63,150 bases of DNA, filler included, from Octopus bimaculoides (GCF_001194135.2; 7 parts of 6 records of this genome joined end to end with filler, not necessarily neighbours in it), one strand, 5' to 3'; counted from the first letter of the whole stretch, positions 25,421-39,203 are shown. Program-made: numbers and translations. Notes: generated from the letters alone by a model not told the origin.

Positions 25421-25677
25421 ATCATCATCATCATCATTAATATTAAGGTGGTGAGCTGGCAATATCATTAGGACGCTGGACAAAATGCTTAGCCGTATTT
25501 CGCCTGTCGCCACGTTCTAAGTTCAAATTCCACCAAGGTTAATTCTTTCAGGATCAATAAATTAAGTACCAGTAAAACACTGGGGTCCATATAATCGACT
25601 AGTCCCCTCTCCACAAATTTCAGGCCTTGTGCCTATAGTAGAATGGATTATTATTATGATTATTATCATTATTATTG

Positions 25678-26050
25678 TGGAGGCGCAATGGCCCAGTGGT
25701 TAGGGCAGCGGACTCGCGGTTTCGATTCCCAGACCGGGCGTTGTGAGTGTTTATTGAGCAAAAACACCTAAAGCTCCATGAGGCAGGGGATGGTGGCGAA
25801 CCCTGCTGTACTCTTCCACCACAACTTTCTCTCACTCTTACTTCCTGTTTCTGTTGTGCCTGTAATTCAAAGGGTCAGCCTTGTCACATTGTGTGACGCT
25901 GAATGTCCCCGAGAACTACGTTAAGGGTACACGTGTCTGTGGAGTGCTCAGCCACTTGCACGTTAATTTCACGAGCAGGCTGTTCCTTTGATCGGATCAA
26001 CTGGAACCCTCGACGTTGTAAGCGACGGAGTGCCAACAACAACAACAACA
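25678..26050 (+). mobile_element. SINE family 2 (tRNA-derived head, ~370 bp, AAC tail)
   Basis: A-box-like tggcccagtggtt, B-box-like ggtttcgattccc; highly similar to 55483-55868. This copy has a short deletion between cgcggt direct repeats. Confidence 0.9.
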
Positions 26051-26169
26051 TTATTATTATGTGTGTGTGTTTGTATGTATTTATGTTTATGTGTGTGCAT
26101 GTATCATGTATCTGTTATGTGATAGTTGAAATGAGGGTGGAGATGGAGTATATGTAATATGGGTATACC

Positions 26170-26870
26170 CCCCCCCTTTTAAATTTTGTTTTTTTTACGG
26201 AATCCTATGTTTCAGACCATGGAGAATCCGATTCTGGAAAAAAATTTTCAAAAATCTCAATTTCAAAATTTNNNNNNNNNNNNNNNNNNNNNNNNNNNNN
26301 NNNNNNNNNNNNNNNNNNNNNNNNNNNNNNNNNNNNNNNNNNNNNNNNNNNNNNNNNNNNNNNNNNNNNNNNNNNNNNNNNNNNNNNNNNNNNNNNNNNN
26401 NNNNNNNNNNNNNNNNNNNNNNNNNNNNNNNNNNNNNNNNNNNNNNNNNNNNNNNNNNNNNNNNNNNNNNNNNNNNNNNNNNNNNNNNNNNNNNNNNNNN
26501 NNNNNNNNNNNNNNNNNNNNNNNNNNNNNNNNNNGAAGGAGAAAGAGAAATAATCAAATTTTTTAGTTTTTCTCACCAACCATTAGACAGCGGGATGGAG
26601 TGGTGAGGGGTGTATGAATTAGTTTTGGAGTTTCCTCATAGAAAATTTGAAATTAATTATTCCCACCCACCATATTCTTAATCTCCATATTTTCCCACGT
26701 AGATTGAAAAAAAAAAAAGTTTAAATTTTAAAATTTGGGGTGGGGAGGGGAAATTAAAAATTTTGAAAACAAGGTTTTTGGCATATTCAGAATTTCCATC
26801 ATCGAAAACATAGGAATCCGCTGAAAAAATTTTTTAAATAAAAAAAGTTGATTTTCTCATGCCGGTGTAC
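26170..26870. mobile_element. Non-autonomous DNA element with diverged internal inverted repeats; gap in the middle
   Basis: cggaatcctatgtttcagaccatggagaatccgattctgg.. (26197-26270) vs reverse complement of 26750-26820 (cggattcctatgttttcgatgatggaaattctgaatatg..). Confidence 0.55.
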
Positions 26871-27814
26871 ATGTAAACATTAACCCTTTGCAGCTGTCCA
26901 CATCATGCCTTACTGCCTTTACAGAGTCCACAGAGCATTGAGCACGAGTCACGATGTGAACATTTTGATACCCAGTGCACATCATCATCATACAAGTAAC
27001 TCTTCCCAATATTCAGATGGTTTCCAGCCCTCCGTGTTGGCTATCGTTTTTCTCAATTACAACATTAATCTTTATGCTCTCCAACATCATCCACTGTCCA
27101 TCCATACATCAAGATGTTCCTGAAAAAAAATGGACAAAAAACCCCCATCAAACTTAGCCCAAACACCATGTATGTATGTATTTATGTATGTATAAATATG
27201 TGTGTCTCTGAGTGTGCCGTGTATGTATACATGTGGGTTTGTATGTGCGTGTTTATGTTCGTGTATGTATCTATTTATGAGTGTGTATCCGTGTGTGTGT
27301 GTATATATACGTAGCTGCAGCAAGTTATTTCCCTTAAATCATTATCTTTTGTAATTAGATGCATTTATTTCTGGCGAGTATATATCTACATATACATGTA
27401 TATTAATGTTTATAAGTGTGTACATGTATGTTACAAGTTTCCTTCAACTATAACCTCAGATTCACTAATGAATAAACTTGGTTGACAGAAACTGGACGAA
27501 GTCTGTCGTATAATATCATCACCATCATCATCATCATCACCATCACGTCCATTTTCCACACTAGCAAGGGTTGAACAGTTTGATAGTGTCCAGGGTTGCA
27601 TCGACCTCCAACATCAGTTTTGGCTTGGGTTCTGCACGTGGATGCCCTTCCTAAATCCAACCACTTTACATTGATCACACAGATTATTGTGTTAGGTCTG
27701 CTTGTGTTTATAATTTACATAGATTTCAACTTGGAGTGTAAGGACCAATATCTGAGGAGAGGCTACACATATACTATTTCTGCATAGCTTTGGAGCCATA
27801 CACGCACACACAGA

Positions 27815-27998
27815 CATACATATGTACATAAGAAGTGCTTCTTTTAGTTTCTGTCCACCAAATCAACTCATAAGGCTTTGGTGAACCTAGGGCTATAGCA
27901 AAAGACATTTCTATTAAGTGGTGGTAGAGCAGGACTGAACAAAGGACCACATGGTTGAGAAACTGGCTTCTTAACCACACAGCCATGCCTGCACCTAT
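27815..27998 (-). mobile_element. SINE family 1 5' half, head-to-head with 28086
   Basis: ccaccaaatcaactcataaggctttgg..cttaaccacacagccatgcctgc. Confidence 0.8.
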
Positions 27999-28085
27999 TC
28001 TCTTAATACTTCAGCTAACAATGTTCTCTTCACAATATTCTCCTTCCACTTTGCCTTTTCTAAATTATAATAATATCAACTAAAA

Positions 28086-28497
28086 GGCACAGGAGTGGCT
28101 GTGTGGTAAGTGGCTTGCTTACCAACCACATGGTTCCGGGTTCAGTCCCACTGCGTGACACCTTGGGCAAGTGTCTTTTACTATAGCCTCGGGCCGACCA
28201 AAGCCTTGTGAGTGGATTTGGTAGACAGAAACTGAAAGAAGCTTGTCGTATATATATGTATATATATGTGTGTGTGTATATGTTTATGTGTCTGTGTTTG
28301 TCCCTCCCCACAACATTGCTTGACAACCGATGCTGGTGTGTTTACGTCCCCATAACTTAACGGTTCGGCAAAAGAAACCGATAGAATAAGTACTAGGCTT
28401 ACAAAGAATAAGTCCTGAGGTCGATTTACTCGACTAGAGGCGGTGCTCCAGCATGGTCGCAGTCAAATGACCGAAACATGTAAAAGAGTAAAAGAGA
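28086..28497 (+). mobile_element. SINE family 1 (tRNA-like head, internal TA/TG microsatellite); best-preserved copy
   Basis: ggagtggctgtgtggtaag..gggttcagtcccactgcgtgacaccttgggcaagtgtc..gatagaataagtactaggc..ggcggtgctccagcatgg..gaaacatgtaaaagagtaaaagag. Confidence 0.9.
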
Positions 28498-29554
28498 GTA
28501 ACTAACAACATATTAACAAATGTATGACAAACATTTATAATGTTTTTATTGAAGTGTCATTAAAAAAGTAAAACAAAAAAAATCTTTTCACAACAATGTC
28601 ATATTTGTGTATTTTAAGAATAGACACAATAAACATAACCTTCAAAGGCACAAGTATGATTTAGCAGGTGTGATTTTGTTTAACTCTTGGAAGGTACAAA
28701 AATTGAACAACCAAATGGTTTATGGCTGAAAATAATGTTTCTGCCTATTAGCAAGCCATAAACACAAAAATTATGTGGCCACCCAGCCACTAATTATTCA
28801 CAGCTGTAAATGCAAACCCATGTGGCTTCCCATTTTGTGTGTTCCATGGGTTAAAGTTTACCAAAATCATGCCCACTTCAGCTTACTTTGTGAGTTCAAA
28901 GGTGATTTTTCACAGTGGAGCTGGAAGGCCATATGTGTGGCAGTAGGATTTGGCTCTTTGTCACACCCCAGGAATGAGTCAGAAGTGGTTGAGTTAAGAA
29001 CTCTTACACAGAACAGAGGTTAAGTGAATGAATTTTCATGAGAAATTCCTATTTATGTTTCATAAATGTTCCCAGAAAATCCAGGCAGTAACAAAAAAGA
29101 GCAAAACAGAAAAATGTAAGTTACTAAAGCATAATGAAACAAGTAAAAGTCAATAGATTGTATATACATTTACCTTGAGCCACTTACAAATATATTACAC
29201 AATGTGAGTAATATATGATATTTTCTATCTGTTTCCCATATTCTGTACTATTTTCAAACAATGCATACAACTGCAATAATCAATTCTACTTATTTTATGC
29301 TTAAGTTTTTTTTCAATTTGACCTCAATTATAAAACTTATGCAATCCTATTTTTGTGGTAAGCTCATAGTATGACACAAATAAAACGATAACTGTTTTTA
29401 TTTGTTCCTTTCAACCTCCAGTTACTGATAGCAAATGCATAAATATATATGTATCTGTACATGCGTGTGGGGTTGGACGTTTTTCCCTATGTCTTGCTTT
29501 TGTCGATCAATGGTTATGTTTTTAGCAAAAAACATGAGAAATTTTATTGTTGTT

Positions 29555-29735
29555 GTTTGACTGCAGCCATTGTGGGACAGTCACAAAGAGTTTTAGTTGA
29601 ACAAATCAACCCCAGGATTTTCTTTTTTAAACCTAATACTTATTTTATCAGTCTCTTTTGTTGAACTGCTAAATTTAAAAAGACACCCCAACACTGATTG
29701 TCAAGCGGTGATGAGAGACAAACACAGACACAAAG

Positions 29736-29768
<33 letters not shown>

Positions 29769-29925
29769 CAGTATATGCATGATGGGCTTTCAGTTTTTGT
29801 CTACCAAATCCACCCACAAGGCTTTGGTCATCTTGAGGCTATAGTAGAAGACACTTATCTAAAGTGCCACACAGTGAGACTGAACCTGGAATCATCTGGT
29901 TAGGAAGCAAGCTTCTCACCACTCA
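29555..29925 (-). mobile_element. SINE family 1 copy, CpG-decayed
   Basis: Family motifs with CG>TG/CA changes. Confidence 0.8.
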
Positions 29926-30076
29926 TGGTTCATTGATTAATTCTTAGCTGGTTTTGTGAGTTTAATTGTCTTCAGGAAAACCATTCATTATTCAGTTTGT
30001 TCATGAAGAGAACCATTCTCTTAATTTATGTATGTACATATCTGTCTATCTACACACACACACACACATATATATA

Positions 30077-30297
30077 TACTTTATTAAAAAGCAGCAAAAA
30101 TATCACAAAAACTGTTACTCAGAGTTTCACGTTTCCATTCATTGGACAGTTTTCAAATGTGTATCTCTCGAACTAATTGTATATATTTGCTTATAACCAT
30201 ATTTTTGTTCCATTCTAAACAAAACTATCCAATGAACAGGAACGTGAAGCTCTGAGTAACAGTTTTTGTGATATCTTTGCTGCTTTTTAATAAGGCA
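30077..30297. mobile_element. Short inverted-repeat element (two ~73-bp arms, ~65-bp spacer); arms resemble Penelope-type termini
   Basis: ttattaaaaagcagcaaa.atatcacaaaaactgttactcagag.ttcacgtt.. at 30081-30152 is inverted at 30222-30294. Confidence 0.8.
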
Positions 30298-30880
30298 TAT
30301 TACTCTACCTCTGGTATTCGAGTACTATTTTTCCCACCTTGTTTCACATCTATGTGCTTACTCTGGTATATATATATATATATATATATATATGATATAG
30401 GTAATTAGGGTAAATTCCAGCCGTTTCCTCTCAAAGTACAATTATTCTATTATCGCAATCAATGTATCCATAGTGTTGTACGTAGAAACACACTTTAGAA
30501 TTGAGAATTATGGAAATACTATTTGCACAGTTGTTGAATAACAAAACAAGAAAATGGAAAATTTGGGGTTTTATTTATCAAAATTATAATTATTAAATAA
30601 TCTCAAAAAAAATTTCCATTTTCCTGAGAGAGGGGAGGGGGAGAGGGGAGGGAGAGAGAGGGGAGGGAGAGAGAGAGGGGAGGGAGAGAGAGAGAGGGGA
30701 AGGAGAGAGAGAGACAGCTGTGCCAATACCCAGTTGGTACTTATTTACAACCAAGTAGACTGGATCGAACAGATGTCCATAACTGAAATTGTAACACTTA
30801 ATACTCAATACTTAACCAGTTCTTATATATGCATGATGTCATTGTCTTGCAGAATGATTAAGTAATAGATATTAGGTTAT

Positions 30881-31580
30881 TTAACCCTTTAGCATTCAGC
30901 TTACCCTGTCAAATGTGAAGTTTATCTATTCACATTATTTTGTATTAATTACGTGTCATCTTGTAGCTTTGGGATTTTGATGATGTAATTGTTTATGATT
31001 TAGATGACATTGTCAGGTATGTGTGAGAGACCAGATCTGGTCACTTTGACCATGAAACAGGTAGACCATTTGGGGCTGAATATGGCCAATTTAAATGCTA
31101 ATTTTTCTTAGGATCTGACCCTTAATGGTCTTACTTTCTTTATTAACCCTTTTGCATTTAAAGCAACCACATCAGGTCCAAATATTCTACTTGTTTCATG
31201 TTCAAACCAGCCAGAGCTGGCCTCTCACACCCACTCTACAATGTCATCATAAAAATAAACAATCACATCATCAAAATTTTGAAGCTATGAGATAATGTCT
31301 GATTAATTAAAAATAATGTGAATAAATAAGCATTTCATTTGACAGAGTAGTCTGAATGCTAAAGGGTTAAGAAAGTGCCATATCTGGCCCAGATATTCTA
31401 CCTGTTTTATATTCAAACCAATAAGATTATGACTTCTTACCACTGACCTATAATGTCACTGTAAAAACTAAACCACATCATAAAAATCTTGAAGTTATGA
31501 AATAATGTATGATTAATTCAAAGCAATGTGAATGAATATATAACACATTCAACAGGATTATCTGAATGCTGAAGGGTTAA
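30881..31580. mobile_element. Cluster of three piggyBac-like MITE copies (TTAA-ccc termini): 30881-31101 (-), 31143-31370 (+), 31375-31580 (+)
   Basis: Termini ttaaccctttagcattcag / ctgaatgctaaagggttaa with a shared internal sequence. Confidence 0.75.
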
Positions 31581-31762
31581 AACCTCCCGGAATATATGAT
31601 TGACTCAATGCTAGACCTAATGCAGAGGTTATCAGAGCCTAATAAATTCTTGGATTCTTTCAGTTTTTGGTTCTTCCAGTATTGTTTCTCATCTGTTATC
31701 TCAAATTTTTATTCCACAAAGTCTTGTGTTCTTCTTTTCTGTCCAGAAATGGTACAGGTGTG

Positions 31763-32300
31763 CTTGTGTGATGGTTAAGATGCTTGCTTTCCAGCCATGC
31801 CATCTCGAGTTCAAGCCCACTAAGTGACATGTTAGGCAACTACCTTCTACAATAGCCCCAGGTCAACCAAATACTTGTGAGTGCATTTGATAGATGGAAA
31901 CTGAAAGAAGCTTGTTATATGTATCCCTGTATACTTTCTTTTTTACTCTTTTACTCTGGAGCACCGCCTTTAGTGGAGCAAATCGACCCCAAGACTTATT
32001 CTTTGGAAGCCTAGTACTTATTCTATCGGTGTCTTTTGCCGAACCGCTAAGGTACGGAGACGTAAACACACCAGCATCAGTTGTCAAGCGATGTTGGCAG
32101 GACAAACGCAGACACACAAACATATGCACACACACATATATATATACATATATACGACAGGCTTCTTTCAGTTTTTCATCTACCAAATCCAATCACAAGG
32201 CTTTGGTCGGCCAAGACTATAGTAGAAGACACTTGCCCAAGGTGTCACGCAGTGGGAATGAACCTGGAACCATATGGTTGGTAAGCAAGCTACTTACCAC
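31763..32300. mobile_element. Two SINE family 1 copies in opposite orientation: 31763-31915 (+), 31940-32300 (-)
   Basis: Family head and body motifs on both strands. Confidence 0.85.
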
Positions 32301-32993
32301 TGTGTATGTTTGTGCATGTATGCACATGTACATGTGTGTGTGTGAGTGTGTGTGTGTGTGTGTATGTTTGTGTTGCATGTGTGTTTGTGTTGTGTATGTG
32401 TGCCCTTGTTTCAAAATCATGTAATGATTGTAAATGGGCATTAAGATCATACAAGCGTCGTTGCTCACTTTCAATCTTCTGCATAAAAACATGTGTCTGG
32501 CCATGGAGGAATATGACCTTGCTCGGAAAGAGATGAGGGTTGGTGACAGAAAGAGCATCCAGCCATACAAAAATGTGCCTCAACAAATCCTGTCTGAACC
32601 ATGCAAGCATGGAAAAGTGGACATTAAATGATGATGATGATGATGATGACGATGATGTAATGTTTTCCTAAATCTGTGAACCAGCATGGAAAAAGGGATG
32701 TTAAATGATGATGGCGATAATGATGATGATGATGATGACAAATAATAGTTTGAAATTTTGGCACAAGGCCAGCAATTCTGGTGGTGCTTTTGGAGGTTAA
32801 GTTGATTACATCAACCCCCAGCACTCAAGTAGTAATTATTGACCCGGAAAAGATGAAACAGAAAAAAACCAACCCTTGTGATATTTGAACTCAGAACACA
32901 AAATCAGAACAAATGCCACCATGCACTTTTCATGGTCAAGTATCAGTTCTGCCAGGTCATTGCCCTAACAGAGACAAACAATGCACTCTAAAC

Positions 32994-33044
<51 letters not shown>

Positions 33045-34194
33045 GAACATGTTGTTTGTATGGCATGAGGCACATGGTGAGGAGGAAGAGGAGGGGGCAT
33101 TATTTGTGTCATGAATGTGAAGTAGTACTGAAACAGAATGTGGAATAAAAATGTATGTTAAATTAAGCATATATTATGTAAATTTATTTAGAAACCTATT
33201 TTCAAGTAGACTGCCCCAGTACTTTTGTTGATTAACAGGTGATACAATAAACTACTGTATTGATATGTAAATGAGCAACGTGATGCCTGTGGTTCATTGT
33301 ATTTGCCTTTGTGTAAAGGGGTTGGAAACTGTGCTCTGTTTCTCTCACTCACACTCTATCTCTGAATTAGATGGAGTAAACACTCTTGTTGGGTGACCAA
33401 GTTATTCTTCACTCTATTTTGCAGAGAGTGGGAGGAGGGAAGGAGGGAGAGTATATAGATCAGTGGCTCCTTTAGATCTCTTTGATTTCTATTTTAATCA
33501 GGAGGACCCTCATAGCCAATTGATGTTTAAAAAATCCTACTGTAATTTCATAATCAAATATTATTAGAAATTATATTTAAAAATTGTTAAAATATTTGGT
33601 GTATTGTCGAAGCATAACTAATTTATTGCAGATAAACTTTGACAAGAAAATCTTATATGAGAGTATTGTAGTTCACTTGAAGCATTGTGTATTGTTTGTA
33701 AAATATGTCTTGAATGGCACAACAATGCAGAGTGGACTATAATTACTGTTATAATTTAATTATCCATAGTCTGATATAATAATATTTCGGAATATAAAAA
33801 TTCCTTCTTCAGATATCGCTGGGAATTGATCAGGTCACTGCTATAATCGGTTTTCCAATGGTTAGTGAATTTTTTTTTTTACTGGAAGCGTCCCTACAGT
33901 GGTCTCATGAAGCTCCTTCTGAAATTCCTCATGAGAAGTGCATGAAGGTGGCCATGTCTCAAGCTCTTGTGTGTTGGCACATCCACAGCACTGCTTCTAA
34001 GTTATGTATTATACGTGCAGATTCTTTTTTTTTTTTTTTTTTAATAATACATGAGCATGTTATCAGAAATGAACTTACACACATCCAGATGTAGCTAAAT
34101 AATATATTGATTGCCAACCTCCAGCCTGTTGTCAATTTGGGACCCTTGTCTGTCTATGAGGATAGCTTCCTTAATTCTTAGAATAGCCAAATTT

Positions 34195-34470
34195 CTTTCA
34201 TTCGCCTCAATTGTGACTGTTGTCGGTGTTCCGGCATCTGTCTAGATGTTTTCTGAAGGAGAAGACTCTCATGTTCTGGTGTTCTTTGATGCAGACGTGT
34301 GATGGTCTTGTTATGCTACCCACATAGAACTTGATGCATTTGTTACATTGTATTTCATACACAACATTTACCCGTTGGCATAAATCTGTGTCATGGATGG
34401 GGCAGTTAGCTAGTGTACATTGATTGCTGTCCATTGCTTGTTTCTTTCCTAGGTGTCCTCTCAGAGACGA
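34195..34470 (-). mobile_element. Penelope-like element GIY-YIG endonuclease remnant
   Basis: CQRVNVVYEIQCNKCIKFYVGSITR..IKEH (ORF 34207-34434). Confidence 0.8.
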
Positions 34471-35184
34471 GCCAGAGTGAAGATTTTTTATATTTATATT
34501 CTTGTATTTTTATATATTTATATTATTTTAGCACCATTGCCTTAAATTTTTAGTCGCCTTTATTATGCATTAATTTATTCAATATATTTTTCTTCATTCA
34601 ACTTCACTCGTATTACCCCTTTAGGTTTTATTACCTTTTATTTATGTGAATATTTTATATGGTTGCGTTTTACCATTGGGTGCCCTATTTTTTTAATCTA
34701 CATTTATATTCGATTTTTAATAATCTGGGAATGATATAAAGTTGTTTTCACTGATTGGAGTGTTTATTCATTAATACTTTCAATATATAAACACACACAT
34801 ATGTATATGCATGTGTGTGTGTAAATATGCAATGAAATAGCCAATTAATGTTATACAAAGAGTTTTTTATTGCTAGTTGAATGTACATGAATATTTTAGA
34901 GGCAACAGTTGGTCAAGACATTAAGACACTAATTTTAATACCTAAAAGATCACTGATTGCCTGTGATTCCATAACCTTCACAGCACTTAATTCTTGAGTA
35001 TGATTTAATAAGTACCATAAGGAGGTGCAGTCCCCAGTTTTTCCATAAGCCTTTGGAGAGTAAATAGTCATCATCATCATTGTTTTGGGGTCGATAAAAT
35101 GAGTACCAGTAGAGTGCTGGCATCAATATAATCAATTTACTCCCTCCCATCAAATTGCTGGCCTTGTGCCAAAATTTGAAATCA

Positions 35185-35570
35185 TTATTATTATTACTTT
35201 CAGATACACACAACAGATATTAGACTGCTGGAAAAGAAAAGAATCCCCAACATCGGGTTACAACAAGTAACCTTAGATGTCAAGAACCTTCCTAACTATC
35301 CTAGCTGTCCCTAATAACAGTCTTCTGGTACTGTACTAAACTGGGTTTTATGCCTATTTCCTCTATCCATCTGTTCAGATCTTTAGGGATAGTTTCCAAC
35401 GCACCTATAACCACTGGGATACATTTTACCCGCACATTCCATAGTCTCTGTAATTTAATAGCCAGGTCCTGGTACTTTGCTATTTTTTCTAAACCTCTCA
35501 TATTAATTTCTTCATCATTTGGGACTGTAATGTCAGTTACCTGGTACTTCCTATTCTCTTTATCTACTAC
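35185..35570 (-). mobile_element. R4/Dong-like RLE domain fragment flanked by AAT/TAG repeats
   Basis: DKENRKYQVTDITVPND..LEKIAKYQDLAIKLQRLWNVRVKCIPVVIGALETIPK..SLVQYQKTV (ORF 35301-35636). Confidence 0.85.
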
Positions 35571-36337
35571 TACTACTACTACTACTATCATTATTATTAT
35601 TGTTCTTGTTGCTGTTGTTGTTTTTGATTCAAGCAAAAAGCCAACAATTTTGAGGGCAGGGCATTAGTCAATTCTTAGCTGGTACTTCATTTTATCACCC
35701 CTGGTGGGATTAAAAACAAAGTTAAACTGAGTGTAGAATGTAAAGTTTTGTAACTAAATACCACAAAGGTAGTTTATTCAATACTTTGTGGTGTTTCTTT
35801 CTGAGTTCAAATCCCACTGAGGGTCAACTTTGCCTTCATCCTTTTGGGGATTGATAAAATAAAGTACTAGCTACGTACTTTATTTTATCAACTTCAGGAT
35901 TACTAGCTTTGTACTTAAATTAGAAACCATTATTATTATTATTATCATTATTATTATTATTATCATCATCATCTGGATGATAATAATATCATCTGGCAGA
36001 ATTGTTACTGTGCCAGATGAAATGCTTAGCAGCATTTCTTCTGTTTTTCCATTCTGAGTTCAAATTCTGCCAAGGTTGACTTTGCCTTTCATCCTTTCAG
36101 GGTTGATAAATTAAGTACCAGTGAAACACTCAGGTTGATGTATTCGACTTAATCCCCTCCCTCCAAGCTGCCCTTGTGGCAAAAGCTTGAAATCATCATC
36201 ATCATCATTATTATTATTAGTATCGTTGTCATCATCAACCTTCTCCATGATATGCAAACAACATATGATCTGATAATCCTCTCCCTTAAAGTTATGGAAT
36301 CAATCAGCTTATCACACACACACATGTATATTCATAT

Positions 36338-36368
<31 letters not shown>

Positions 36369-37783
36369 CACATATATCATCATCATCATTTAACATCTGC
36401 TTTCCATGCTAGCATGGGTTTTATNNNNNNNNNNNNNNNNNNNNNNNNNNNNNNNNNNNNNNNNNNNNTTAATTAATTAANNNNNNNNNNNNNNNNNNNN
36501 NNNNNNNNNNNNNNNNNNNNNNNNTGGCTTGTGCAGGTGGCACATAAAAGACACCATTTCGAGCGTGGTCGTTGCCAGTATCGCCTGACTGGCCTTCGTG
36601 CAGGTGACACGTAAAAGCACCTACTACACTCTCTGAGTGGTTGGCGTTAGGAAGGGCATCCAGCTGTAGAAACTCTGCCAAATTTAGATTGGAGCCTGGT
36701 GTTGCCATCCGGTTTCACCAGTCCTCAGTCAAGTCATCCAACCCATGCTAGCATGGAAAGCGGACGTTAAACGATGATGATGATGTTTAGACCTTTAATA
36801 TTTTGATATTTTAACATTTTTTATTTATGTGAGAATAATACCTATGGTCAATGCAGTATATGTGCACAAAAATGTTGCATGTTAGACTACTATTATATAT
36901 GAAGCTAGCTGTTTAGTCTCATGTAAAACTGTTTTCCTTGACTGAAGGGAACTGAAGTAATAAAGTTTAATTTTTTTTGTTTGTGTGTTTGTTTGTTTTT
37001 TTTGTGTGTATTTTTTTGCTTGGCCTGCACTAATTAAACACCTAGAAGCTTTACAAAAGAAAAAGATTCCTTGATAACAACAAATTTTCATTTTGGATCT
37101 TCTGTTGAAGGATCCTTCTGACTGCTTCAGTGTGTGGAAATTCTTAGCTAGACAAATCCTGCTGATTTATGATCCACTGAAATATGGAAAAAGGTCTATT
37201 AACAACGTTCCTTGTTATTGAAGGAAAGTCTGAACCTTGAGTTTCTTGATAAATTGAATAGTGGAAATGAAATTTTCTATTTTTTCTTAAGTCAGGAGCA
37301 AAGGCACTATAGGGCCTCTGACACTGGTGAGGAGAGATATATCTTCAAGTAATATATAGAAGCAATATATATCTTCAAACTGAAAACTTGGTCTGAAGGT
37401 TTGCAACAGAATAGGCTCTGCTAAAGATACTTAAGGTACCCATTGGGGTATTAAACCAGGCAAGGGGTTAAGTCCACCATCCATATAGGCTGTAACAGGA
37501 TTTGATCTTAGAATGCTAAGAGCCAGAACAAGCACCACAAGGCATCAGCTCCAGCAAACTTACAGTTCCATTAGAATTCCACCAATGTACTTGCTTGAAT
37601 TGGCTCAAAAGGCGAAGTCAACCCTTTAAATGAGAAAGGTTGCAATTTTCTCTTGCACTACACCAGTTTCATCAATCTTAATTCCCAAAATTGGTTAATC
37701 AGTCACATGCTTAATTAATGTGTGAAACTTTTGTGGAGCAATGAAGTAAATTGCCAAATACTATTCTACAAAAATAAACTATT

Positions 37784-38012
37784 TTAAACCTTTAGCATTT
37801 AAACCAGCCAGGTCAGGCCAGAATATTTTATCTGTTTTATGTTCAAACCAACCAGATGCAGCCTCTAACACCAACCCTACAATGTCATTCCAAAAGTAAA
37901 CAATCATGTCATTTGAAATCTCGAAGCTACTAGATAATACATGATTAATTCAAAAGAATGTGAACAAATATGTATAACATTTGATGAAGTAAGCTGAATG
38001 CTAAAGGATTAA
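37784..38012 (+). mobile_element. Fourth copy of the TTAA MITE
   Basis: ttaaacctttagcatttaaaccagcc..ctgaatgctaaaggattaa. Confidence 0.75.
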
Positions 38013-39079
38013 TTTTCTGCCCACAGAGAGACTGGTAACTTAGTGCTATTTATATCAAATTCATACTGAGAGTCAACTGAAATGTTTAATCTTATTTGCA
38101 TAAGTGGCAACTTGCATGGTTAGTTAAAAAATTAATTATGCACAACACACTATATATTATAAAATCTTAAATTTAATGTAGGTATACTTCCAAATAGAGA
38201 ATGAAATGAATTAGGTCAATCAGAGTATTTTTATGCCCATAGTGAGATATCATTTATATTTGATTACAATTTGTAGTGAGGGTTATATTTTTAGAATTAT
38301 AGTGAAGTGCACCTTACATTTAAAATATACTACATTGTGCATAATAAATTACTTAAATAATCACATTGCCAATTAATATACTGTTATGCAAATTAGACTG
38401 GTTATTTCAGCTGAGCACTGGTTAGTGTCCAATATAAATAGCTACAAGCTATCAATCTCTCTAAGGTCACAAAATAATAAATTTCCAAATAATAATAAAA
38501 CTAGTTAAAACAATTCCCAGTATTTTCTGCTCAGGGAGGGGTAAAAACATTTATTTCACAGTGAGCAGTGAGGCTTATAATTTAAAAGTTTTATGTATAT
38601 CTACATTAAATTTAATATCTATATATGTAATACACTCATAAAGTGTGTGTGTATATATATATATATTTTATATATGTATATACATGTATATATGTGTGTG
38701 TAAGTGTATAGTTATTCACAGACACACATGCATACATATGAACATGTACAAGCACATTCAATGCATATTTTGGAAAATTTCAATAAAATTAATTACTGAC
38801 ATGGTTTTTTTTATCTTATATTTTTGTATTGTTTGTAAGCAAGACAAAACTGAAATCGATATGAACTAAAACTTATTAGAAAGAAAAATATAAACAAAAG
38901 AAAATACACTATTTTAAAAGAACTTGAACCATTCAGCTGAATGAAATCCAAAGTTAAAGGAAAGTTCCTCAGAATGGAAAGAATATGTCCACTGTTCTGA
39001 AATCTCAGTAGCTTAAATAAGGGAAAAAATAAAAATATAAATAAAAAATAATGTTAAATAAAAAGGAATTAATTAAAAA

Positions 39080-39203
39080 AATCTCTTTGTTTCTACTGTC
39101 AATATGTTTTGCTTCTCTTATTTCATATTTTTTTCTTTTGAACTTATTACATTTCACTTTTAGAATTTTTGCATTTTTGTATAATTTTTTAAATAGGGCT
39201 TTT
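39080..39203 (-). CDS. Candidate late exon (KALFKKLYKNAKILKVKCNKFKRKKYEIREAKHIDSRNKE); end undefined
   Basis: Acceptor tttatttaaag, phase-compatible with 40221-40280. AT-rich and Lys-rich, so it could be a chance frame. Confidence 0.2.

Noticed and set aside
25678-25740. tRNA-like sequences (also 45458, 47121, 53930, 55868) as tRNA genes
   Set aside because: They continue into SINE bodies and lack a complete cloverleaf.
26890-27123. Minus-strand acceptor ttttttttcag as a host exon
   Set aside because: All three frames stop within 60 nt, and the downstream sequence looks like a decayed RTE 3' region.
36385-36785. Inverted family 5 tails on either side of a gap
   Set aside because: The junction is an artificial linker, so the apparent inverted structure may be a scaffolding product.
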